A DNA stretch of 13,587 bases from Chlamydiae bacterium RIFCSPHIGHO2_12_FULL_49_11 (GTDB taxonomy: Bacteria; Chlamydiota; Chlamydiia; Chlamydiales; 2-12-FULL-49-11), in NCBI GenBank assembly GCA_001794905.1, contig MGLW01000057.1, forward strand, positions 1 through 13,587, in the 5' to 3' direction. Positions within the stretch are counted from its first letter, which is position 1, and every line of letters begins with the position of its first letter. Position numbers and translations under genes: made by a program. Shown one piece after another: positions 1 through 7,106 of this stretch. A model generated the notes under the pieces. The model did not search any database, was not told where the DNA came from, and worked only from the letters and a program-made list of their open reading frames with translations.

Positions 1-2921
1 AGGGCCTCGGATTCATGGTAAAGCATGTCACGAGGGACGCCGCGCTGGCTATGGAGCAGATCTAGCAGTGCAAAACGTTCATGTACGTTCCCGTACCGAA
101 AGGGGTTGTCTTCATCCGAAAAACGGCGGTACGCTTGAAATGACTTTTCAAAAGCATCGGAGCGCATCCCTGCCAGAAGATGATTTACTGCAGTCTTAAA
201 GCTTCCGTCTTCGGCTCCCCCGGTTTCGGTGACAAGCCGGACGGCTTGGATTGCCGTTTGCATCCACCGAGTGGCACAAAATTCCGATATTTCCGAAAAC
301 GATTGAATCACAAACTGTTTATGGTAGGGATTTGTTTCCAGTCCGGTGATGATATGGCATAGGAGATTGCGGATGGTATCGAACCACTCTCCTTGATTTT
401 TCGGAACTCCAATAAAAGGAGTGCGTGTTTCGATCCGGTCAATGAATTCGTCTAATTTTCGGACCGTCTCGAGATCAGTGCTGCCTTCCCGAGCCCATTT
501 TTTAAAAATAGCAATGTCCCTGTCCGGTACCTTATCGATCGGCTTTTCGTTAAGCACTATCCAATGGACCGGACACTCGTTATATACTGTGGAGAGAAGG
601 GAAGCAAAATCGAAGGAAGGATATTCTCTATGCAGGAGTAAAATCGCCTCGTTCGTTTTATCCACCCCCATTTCATATAGAAGAGAAGTGCTTTCTCCTG
701 TAAAGTACGCATGGATAATCTTATGCATGAATGGATCATTTCCTAAAGGGGCCGCGAAACGAAGAATAAGAGAACTCAGCATTTCGGCCGGGATATTTTT
801 TCCGAAGTCGTGAGGCTTTGCTCCTCGCAGAAGCAGGGTTTCAATGATTTCATAGGAAGCGGCATGCAAAATCGCCGGTTTTCCTGTATAATCAGGGGCG
901 TCGATGGGAGCACCGAGGTCCAAAAGGCGCTTTGTTAGGTCCAAATCGCTTTGCCGTGCGGCAAAAATGAGAGCATGCTCGTCCTTCCTATTTACGGCAT
1001 TGATATGGGGATGGAGGGCAAGTAAAAACCCGCTCAAGCGGGGCCGTTTCTTTCGGATCGACCACATGAGGAGCGTGTCGGCATCAGCTCCGACCTGGAG
1101 GAAAAAAATATTCCATTTGGGAAAAGCTGTATTCACTCTTTCAAAAAGTTCAATGAATTCGTTATCGGAGAGAGAGTCGTAGGTTCTTTCTCTGTGCTGA
1201 AAAAATTCTGTGAAATAATGGATGGCAATAAGAACCGGAGTGAATGGGACTTTTTGTCCCAGCGCGGTGAAAACTTCACCGCTTTGGTTTTTCCCTTCGA
1301 CCCACCAGTCTTCGTCCCGGGTACAGGCCCCCGATGCCACAAGAAGAGCTGCCGTTTCTATTTGACCGTACAAGAGGGCAATCCTGAACGGAGTGATGTT
1401 TTGATTGTTTTTTGCATTGATCTCTGCCCCTTTCGCGAGGATCAGTTCGACTTCTTCATTCCACCCCTGCATAGCCAAATAGTGCAATACCGACATTGCA
1501 TCCGTGATGGAGCATGTCTTAGTGCCAAGCCCCTCTTGAATCAAATATCTGCATAATAGTTTCAGGCCGTGCTGGACAGCCCATAGTAAAATGGCTTCTT
1601 TATGATGTACAAGAAAAGGCCAGGGGCACCTTGTTTTCGAAAGGGCGTTCAAGAGGGAAACGATTTGTTCTTCACTCGTGTTTTCAAATAAGAGGTCTAA
1701 ATCGACACTGAGCGTATCACATGTCATGTAAAAGAGTTTTCTTACTACCGGAATGAGAGCAGGTTCTTCCAGTGGGACAAGGTTTACAACATTTTGGCAT
1801 AGTGTTGCAAAGTTCTGCACTTGCAGCAAATTTGGGTTAGCCTGAGCCCCCCGTTCCAAAAGAAGAGAGATCAGTTCAACTTGAGTTCCCGGAGCGGCAA
1901 TTTCGTGCATTGTCACGTACGAGAGTGCCGACATGTACCCGATTCGTGGGTCTCTATAGAGTATGTTGACGTCGGCGCCGGCATCGAGAAGCCGTTTCAC
2001 GATGTCATAGAATTTGTGAGAGGCGGCAAGAATGAGAGGCGGCGTTTCCGGTCCGCTTGTGTTGATTTCCTTCAGCATCCCCTTTTCCAGTAGTATACAA
2101 ACGATGTCAGGCAGCGAGTTGGAGATGGATTCTTGTAATGCAAAGCCGTTGTATTCATGGATATCGGCTCCCCTTTCGATCAGGAATTTGGCAAGTTCAG
2201 GCCGGTGTGCCCTTATGGCGGTGCAAAGGAAGGAGTCTGAATTATTCTCTTCCCACATAAAATGGAATCCGCAGATGTCCCATTCGGGAAATTCTTCGAA
2301 AAGATTTTCAAGTACCGCGATGGTTTCTTCTTCATTTTCGGGCAGAATCTCTCTCGGAATCTTATTTGCAGAATCGCTAAAATAGGCAGCCATCAAATCG
2401 CTCTTAAAGTTACCGGTAAGTGTTCGGAGAGGTTTTCCCAAATACGCCGCAAGGCCGGCAAACCCTTTTCTTGCAGCAAAGTCAGCCATGGATTCATAGT
2501 CAAATTCCCAGGTGAGAGTTTGCCAATGGGGGAAATTTTCTTCACACCATTGCAACACCCGAATGATCGTGCTCTCATCGCAATCATCAAAAATACCGTG
2601 TGGGAGAGGGCAGGTTTCTTGCTTCAGATAGCAAGCCAAAAGACGGTCGAACAGGTTGGAAAGAGAGACAGCAGTATTAGAAGGGGCAGCATTGTGAGAG
2701 GGGGCGGGGCCGTTGAAGGGGGCGCGCCTCGACCGGAAAAATTTCCGGATGACAAGTGGCATTGTAGCATCCTCAAGATGCGTGACAGACGAGGAAGACA
2801 GGTCACGTCGATAGCATTCAAGTAACTCTACATTAATATGATAAGTGTCAAATATAGTGTCTTGCTCATACCTCGTTAAAGGAGAGAAGGGACCGGCGGT
2901 GGGATTCGAAACGGGCGTCAT
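1..2921 (-). CDS. Large ankyrin-repeat protein, putative secreted effector (3' end outside window, at least 973 aa; alternative start at 2762)
   Basis: Manual translation gives an unbroken frame from ATG 2921 (MTPVSNPTAGPFSP...) to the window edge. It is absent from the ORF track, probably because no stop lies in the window. Ankyrin motifs: FLCTAIRAHRPELAKFLIERGADIH, PPLILAASHKFYDIVKRLLDAGADVN, VLHYLAMQGWNEEVELILAKGAEINAKNNQNITPFRIALLYGQIETAALLVASGA, HALIFAARQSDLDLTKRLLDLGAPIDAPDYTGKPAILHAA. The in-frame ATG at 2762 has GAGG upstream. Confidence 0.9.
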   Translation of the reverse strand, partial: MTPVSNPTAGPFSPLTRYEQDTIFDTYHINVELLECYRRDLSSSSVTHLEDATMPLVIRKFFRSRRAPFNGPAPSHNAAPSNTAVSLSNLFDRLLACYLKQETCPLPHGIFDDCDESTIIRVLQWCEENFPHWQTLTWEFDYESMADFAARKGFAGLAAYLGKPLRTLTGNFKSDLMAAYFSDSANKIPREILPENEEETIAVLENLFEEFPEWDICGFHFMWEENNSDSFLCTAIRAHRPELAKFLIERGADIHEYNGFALQESISNSLPDIVCILLEKGMLKEINTSGPETPPLILAASHKFYDIVKRLLDAGADVNILYRDPRIGYMSALSYVTMHEIAAPGTQVELISLLLERGAQANPNLLQVQNFATLCQNVVNLVPLEEPALIPVVRKLFYMTCDTLSVDLDLLFENTSEEQIVSLLNALSKTRCPWPFLVHHKEAILLWAVQHGLKLLCRYLIQEGLGTKTCSITDAMSVLHYLAMQGWNEEVELILAKGAEINAKNNQNITPFRIALLYGQIETAALLVASGACTRDEDWWVEGKNQSGEVFTALGQKVPFTPVLIAIHYFTEFFQHRERTYDSLSDNEFIELFERVNTAFPKWNIFFLQVGADADTLLMWSIRKKRPRLSGFLLALHPHINAVNRKDEHALIFAARQSDLDLTKRLLDLGAPIDAPDYTGKPAILHAASYEIIETLLLRGAKPHDFGKNIPAEMLSSLILRFAAPLGNDPFMHKIIHAYFTGESTSLLYEMGVDKTNEAILLLHREYPSFDFASLLSTVYNECPVHWIVLNEKPIDKVPDRDIAIFKKWAREGSTDLETVRKLDEFIDRIETRTPFIGVPKNQGEWFDTIRNLLCHIITGLETNPYHKQFVIQSFSEISEFCATRWMQTAIQAVRLVTETGGAEDGSFKTAVNHLLAGMRSDAFEKSFQAYRRFSDEDNPFRYGNVHERFALLDLLHSQRGVPRDMLYHESEA

Positions 2922-2931
2922 GGGTAAACTA

Positions 2932-2956
2932 TATTATAATGTGGATTATAATAAAA
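2932..2956 (-). promoter_or_regulatory. Palindromic double-TATAAT element upstream of the ankyrin gene (putative promoter/operator)
   Basis: TATTATAAT-GTGG-ATTATAATA is a perfect 9-bp inverted repeat at 2932..2953. The downstream TATAAT on the minus strand ends 11 nt before ATG 2921. Confidence 0.5.
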
Positions 2957-2965
2957 TTCTAGTAA

Positions 2966-3730
2966 TTATTTTAACTTCCGATGCCATAAGGGGAAAAAGA
3001 GGTGAGTTTCTTTTTTATACACCTGATATTCAGGGTCATCCTTGTGATGGCGCTCGATCTCAGGGATATGGAAGATAAAAAGGCGGAAAGCGACCAATAG
3101 AGGAGAGAAAAAATAGGCCCAGCCGAGGGGAGTGCTCAGGGCAAAGAGATAAAATGAGAGCCAGACGAGGCATTCGCCGAAGTAGTTCGGGTGGCGGGAA
3201 ATGGACCATAACCCGATATTGCATATTCTTCCGGGATTTTGCCGTTTAAAGTAGATGAGTTGGAGGTCGGCAAAAATCTCAAAAATGAATCCCGTGACGA
3301 AGAGGGCTATAGCAATCCCGTCGATGGCGCCGAGGCTTGTCGCCGAGGTGAGCATGACCCGAATGATCACAAGCGCGATCGCGTATTGATATAGCCCTTC
3401 CAAGAGGAAGAAGCGGAAGAAAACATGGGTCCAGAGTTTCCCTTTCCAGTGGGCCATCACCTTGACGTAATGGGGATTTTCCGAATAGTCCAGAGTCATT
3501 CTGTGGACGAGAAGGGCGAGGAGGCGAAAGGCCCAGAGGAGAACGAAGAAGAGAAGAAGGGTTTTGCGGCTATTTTGGAGCGGCTCCATGAAATAGGCCG
3601 AGAGGCCGAGGAGAGGCACCCCCATGGTCCAATACACATCAACCAGGCTGGCTTTATTCGCTTCCTTTGCAAACCAGAACAGAATGAGAAGGAAGACGAA
3701 CGAAATAAGGGCCAAATAAAGGTAGGGCAC
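2966..3730 (-). CDS. DUF1295 family integral membrane protein (steroid 5-alpha-reductase/ICMT-like superfamily)
   Basis: Multiple hydrophobic segments. Family motifs ASLVDVYW, ADLQL and GLWSISRHPNYFGECLVW, with a C-terminal EYQVYKKETHLFFP. GTG start. Confidence 0.88.
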   Translation of the reverse strand: MPYLYLALISFVFLLILFWFAKEANKASLVDVYWTMGVPLLGLSAYFMEPLQNSRKTLLLFFVLLWAFRLLALLVHRMTLDYSENPHYVKVMAHWKGKLWTHVFFRFFLLEGLYQYAIALVIIRVMLTSATSLGAIDGIAIALFVTGFIFEIFADLQLIYFKRQNPGRICNIGLWSISRHPNYFGECLVWLSFYLFALSTPLGWAYFFSPLLVAFRLFIFHIPEIERHHKDDPEYQVYKKETHLFFPLWHRKLK

Positions 3731-3750
3731 TTTTTGCCTTTTTTAAACGT

Positions 3751-3831
3751 TGCCCGGGAGAGGACTTGAACCTCCACACCTTGCGGCACTAGATCCTAAG
3801 TCTAGCGTGTCTGCCATTTCACCACCCGGGC
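3751..3831 (-). tRNA. tRNA-Leu (anticodon TAG)
   Basis: Minus strand GCCCGGG...CTAGA-CTTAGGA-TCTAG...GGAGG-TTCAAGT-CCTCT-CCCGGGC-A. Long variable arm with a GCAA loop; CCA not encoded. Confidence 0.97.
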
Positions 3832-3858
3832 CTGTACTCAAAAGAGTATCGATCATAC

Positions 3859-3887
3859 ATTATTGAGAAAAAAACCTTTTCCGTCAA
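3859..3887 (-). promoter_or_regulatory. Putative sigma70/sigma66-type promoter for tRNA-Leu and the downstream DUF1295 gene
   Basis: TTGACG (3887..3882), 17-nt spacer, AATAAT (3864..3859). Confidence 0.45.
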
Positions 3888-3913
3888 ATATTTGTCGATT
3901 AAAATGTCTGTGC

Positions 3914-4543
3914 ATGAAACCGCAAGACCTTCCTTTTTTCTATACTTTTGAAAGCCGCCGCCCCCTTTTTGAGCCGCCGGTGCTTTGTATTCCCCCTTAT
4001 TTTTCCGACCATGACAAATACTCTTCCCTTTGTTTGGAAAGTTTTGAAAGGCTTGAAATCGAATTTTGTTCGGGGAACGGGGACTGGATCGTTCATCGCG
4101 CCCTTTCGCATCCCGGTATCCAATTTGTGGCGGTGGAAAAGCTGTTTAAGCGGGTGCGCAAAATCTGGTCCAAAACGGTCAATCACAACGTTTCTAATCT
4201 CCTCATCGTATGTGGTGATGCCAAAGATTTTATGAGACACTATGTCTTGGATGGGAGTGTAGACCGTTACTACATGAATTTTCCCGATCCGTGGCCGAAA
4301 CAGAGGCATGCTAAACACCGTCTCCTCACACCCGAATTTATCGCCGGTTGCCGCGTAAAAGCCAGGGGTGAGGCTCTATTTACCCTTGTGACCGATTCCC
4401 ATGAGGTAAAAGAAGGGTCACGAGCCCTCTTTGAGAATCCCGCTCTTACTCAGCTCGACCTTGCCTCTTATGGAAGGTCGTATTTCGGGGACCTCTGGGT
4501 TTCTCACGGCCGCACCCTATATCAGGTCGAGGCAAGAGTATGA
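3914..4543 (+). CDS. trmB: tRNA (guanine-N7)-methyltransferase TrmB
   Basis: SAM-binding IEFCSGNGDW, FVAVEK, YMNFPDPWPKQRHAKHRL and LVTD motifs. ATG 3914 (MKPQDL) is preferred over the TTG at 3863, which overlaps promoter-like sequence. Confidence 0.93.
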   Translation: MKPQDLPFFYTFESRRPLFEPPVLCIPPYFSDHDKYSSLCLESFERLEIEFCSGNGDWIVHRALSHPGIQFVAVEKLFKRVRKIWSKTVNHNVSNLLIVCGDAKDFMRHYVLDGSVDRYYMNFPDPWPKQRHAKHRLLTPEFIAGCRVKARGEALFTLVTDSHEVKEGSRALFENPALTQLDLASYGRSYFGDLWVSHGRTLYQVEARV

Positions 4544-5280
4544 TTGACCTGCGGGAAGTGTCGCTCCTTGATTTTAGCACCCTCATTCCAAAGCTCGAAA
4601 ATGGGCCCCTTTCCCTGACCCTGGATCTGGGAATCCGGTACCCTTTCACCCGGTTTCTTGATGCCCGTACCTTTGCTACGCTGGAACTTTCGCTCCGCAC
4701 GTTCACCGGGGCGGTGCTTGAACCGTACAAGGACCACGTGACCGGCATTACTCTCTATCAAGGCTCGAGTGACTTTTCCTACGTACTCGAAAAAAACGTT
4801 GCCCTTCAGGAGCGCTTCGAATCGTGGATCGTGCTCTATTCTTTGTCTGACATCCATCATGCCCGCACGGCGTTTGGGTTCCGGATCGCATTGGAATACC
4901 TGGAAAAACTTTCAAGTTTTCTCCCCTACGACATTCCCGTCAAGGTAGTCTTTACCGATGCGGAAAAGCGGCCTTCGTTTGCTTTAGAAACTCTGACCTG
5001 CGATGCCCCATCGCCTTTATCGATCGTCCATCCTTATGCAGGGAGAGAGGCTACGATTGGGCTTGTCATTCCTCCTCTCGGCCAGATGCCGTATGAAGAG
5101 ACCGATCGGATTGTTGCCTCCTTTACCGTGCCTTTTCGGCCCATCCGGGAGGTTTTGATAAATCAGATGTGGCATGGGATCGATGAGCTCGTTATCTTTC
5201 CCTCCATGATGCAAGGGGAAACACTGCGCATGCTGCGAGGCTTCGAAGCGGCTGGAGGCTGCATCACATCAATGTTTTGA
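4540..5280 (+). CDS. Hypothetical protein (246 aa), translationally coupled to trmB
   Basis: ATGA 4-bp overlap with the trmB stop. Fills the gap to tRNA-Pro and has globular composition; C-terminal WHGIDELVIFP...LRGFEAAGG. Confidence 0.8.
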   Translation: MIDLREVSLLDFSTLIPKLENGPLSLTLDLGIRYPFTRFLDARTFATLELSLRTFTGAVLEPYKDHVTGITLYQGSSDFSYVLEKNVALQERFESWIVLYSLSDIHHARTAFGFRIALEYLEKLSSFLPYDIPVKVVFTDAEKRPSFALETLTCDAPSPLSIVHPYAGREATIGLVIPPLGQMPYEETDRIVASFTVPFRPIREVLINQMWHGIDELVIFPSMMQGETLRMLRGFEAAGGCITSMF

Positions 5281-5293
5281 CAAGTGTATGGAA

Positions 5294-5368
5294 TCGGGGT
5301 AGAGGGATTTGAACCCCCGACTTTCTGGTCCCAAACCAGACGCGCTAGCCAGACTGCGCTATACCCCG
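5294..5368 (-). tRNA. tRNA-Pro (anticodon TGG)
   Basis: Minus strand CGGGGTA-TAGCGCAGTCTGGCTAGCGCG-TCTGG-TTTGGGA-CCAGA-AAGTC-GGGGG-TTCAAAT-CCCTC-TACCCCG-A. CCA does not directly follow the discriminator. Confidence 0.97.
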
Positions 5369-5383
5369 TAAAAAACTGGATAT

Positions 5384-5412
5384 AGCATAGATGTTAATGG
5401 TTTTTTTAGCAA
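5384..5412 (-). promoter_or_regulatory. Putative sigma70/sigma66-type promoter for tRNA-Pro
   Basis: TTGCTA (5412..5407), 17-nt spacer, TATGCT (5389..5384), ending 15 nt before the tRNA 5' end. Confidence 0.55.
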
Positions 5413-5427
5413 GAGTCTAATTTCCTG

Positions 5428-5455
5428 TTGCGGGGAAAGGATAAAATAGTATAGT
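5428..5455 (+). promoter_or_regulatory. Putative promoter for pgi, divergent from tRNA-Pro
   Basis: TTGCGG, 16-nt spacer, TATAGT. An AAGGA Shine-Dalgarno-like sequence precedes ATG 5481. Confidence 0.4.
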
Positions 5456-5480
5456 CGAAGTTGAAAGCAAAGGAAGTTAT

Positions 5481-7106
5481 ATGAAAATGAATAAATTGCA
5501 ATCATTTAAGAACTTGCAGAAGCTTGGTAAAAAAGCGCCCGACCTCTCTGCCGACCTTGATTTCAACTTGCGTGCTTCCAGGTTTCAGGCGAGTCATGGC
5601 CCTTGGACCTTTTACTATTCGACCGAACGCGTCACCGACCCGATCATGGAAAACTTATGTCTCCTTGCTCGTGAGGCCGACGTATTCCGTAAGATGCAAA
5701 ACCTAGTCGACCTTAAGGTTATGAACTATATCTACGGCTGTCCGTCGGAAAACCGGCGTGTCGGCCATACCGCCATACGATGTGAAGGGTGCAAAGAACA
5801 TTCCCACGACGCACTCAAAGCCTACAGTGATTACAGCCTTGAAATGACCAAGCTCGAGCAATTTTGTCAAAAAGCCGACAAATTCGAGAGCATCATCGTG
5901 ATCGGCATCGGCGGTTCCTACCTCGGCACAAAAGCGGTTTATAACTGTCTCAAACCGTTCCGAAAAGGAAATAAAAAACTCTATTTTGCCTCCAATGTCG
6001 ACCCCGATAAACTCACCTCAATCGTCCTTAAGGTGAAACTAAGCAGCACCCTCGTTCTCGTTATTTCCAAGTCGGGAAGCACTTTGGAAGTGCATGCCCA
6101 GGAGAAATTTTTACGCAATCTGTACCAAGAACACCATCTGAAAAGCTCTGACCATTTTGCCTGTGTGACCGAAAAAAACTCTCCCCTCGATAGCAAGTCC
6201 GATTTTATGGAAGTTTTTTATCTGCAAGATTATATCGGCGGAAGATTTTCCGTATCGAGCATGGTCGGTGCCGTGCCGATTGCGCTTACCTGCGGACTTG
6301 ACATTTTCCGCGACTTTTTGCAGGGGATGCACAATATGGATCATCACGCCCTTGAGGAAAAAAATCCGCTCCAGAATTTGCCTCTTCTCGGCGCTCTCCT
6401 CGGAATCTGGAACCGCAATTTTTTGAACTGCGACACGTTTGCCGTGATTCCGTATTCAACGGCAATGAACAAGTGGACCCTTCATTTGCAGCAGCTTTTC
6501 ATGGAATCGAACGGAAAACAGGTGTGTAAGGAAGACGGCAGCCTCATCACCGAGTACGACACGTGTCCCGTTGTGTGGGGAACTGTGGGAACGGAAGGGC
6601 AACATTCTTATTATCAATGTATCCATCAGGGAACTCGGGTCATTCCGGTCGAGTTTGTCGGCTTTAAGGAAAGCCAGCTGCACCAGGATCAGATGATTGA
6701 CGGGACGACCAACCAGCAAAAACTCCTTGCCAACATGTTCGCTCAATCGATTGCCCTCGCGCGCGGACAAAAAACCAGCAACAATAACAACCGTCTCTTT
6801 CCCGGAAACCGGCCGAGCCACATTTTGCTTGCCGACGAACTTTCTCCCTATACCTTGGGAGCGCTGCTTGCCTATTACGAGCATTATGTTGCGTTCCAGG
6901 GTTTTATCTGGGATGTCAACTCGTTCGACCAGGAAGGGGTGCAGCTTGGCAAACTTCTGGCAAACAATCTGATCGACGGATATCGCCATATCAATGAAGG
7001 ACGCAGCTACGTGGCGCCAAAAGAAAATTCCCTCAACCAGTTTTATCTGGAGCTTACCCTGCCGCGCCCGAGAGAAAGAAGGCGTGAGACGCGCAAGAGT
7101 GCGTGA
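5481..7106 (+). CDS. pgi: Glucose-6-phosphate isomerase
   Basis: Motifs VIGIGGSYLG, VISKSGSTLE, DYIGGRFSVSSMVG, LQQLFMESNGK, GTEGQHSYYQCIHQG and INSFDQ-type VNSFDQEGVQLGK. Confidence 0.97.
   Translation: MKMNKLQSFKNLQKLGKKAPDLSADLDFNLRASRFQASHGPWTFYYSTERVTDPIMENLCLLAREADVFRKMQNLVDLKVMNYIYGCPSENRRVGHTAIRCEGCKEHSHDALKAYSDYSLEMTKLEQFCQKADKFESIIVIGIGGSYLGTKAVYNCLKPFRKGNKKLYFASNVDPDKLTSIVLKVKLSSTLVLVISKSGSTLEVHAQEKFLRNLYQEHHLKSSDHFACVTEKNSPLDSKSDFMEVFYLQDYIGGRFSVSSMVGAVPIALTCGLDIFRDFLQGMHNMDHHALEEKNPLQNLPLLGALLGIWNRNFLNCDTFAVIPYSTAMNKWTLHLQQLFMESNGKQVCKEDGSLITEYDTCPVVWGTVGTEGQHSYYQCIHQGTRVIPVEFVGFKESQLHQDQMIDGTTNQQKLLANMFAQSIALARGQKTSNNNNRLFPGNRPSHILLADELSPYTLGALLAYYEHYVAFQGFIWDVNSFDQEGVQLGKLLANNLIDGYRHINEGRSYVAPKENSLNQFYLELTLPRPRERRRETRKSA

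Noticed and set aside
180-3078. Numerous short plus-strand and off-frame minus-strand ORFs in the track (for example 421..813, 1194..1556, 2262..2825)
   Set aside because: They are antisense or off-frame shadows of the single long ankyrin ORF and carry no motifs.
3863-3913. N-terminal extension of TrmB from TTG 3863
   Set aside because: It overlaps the promoter-like divergent region, and ATG 3914 gives a typical start.
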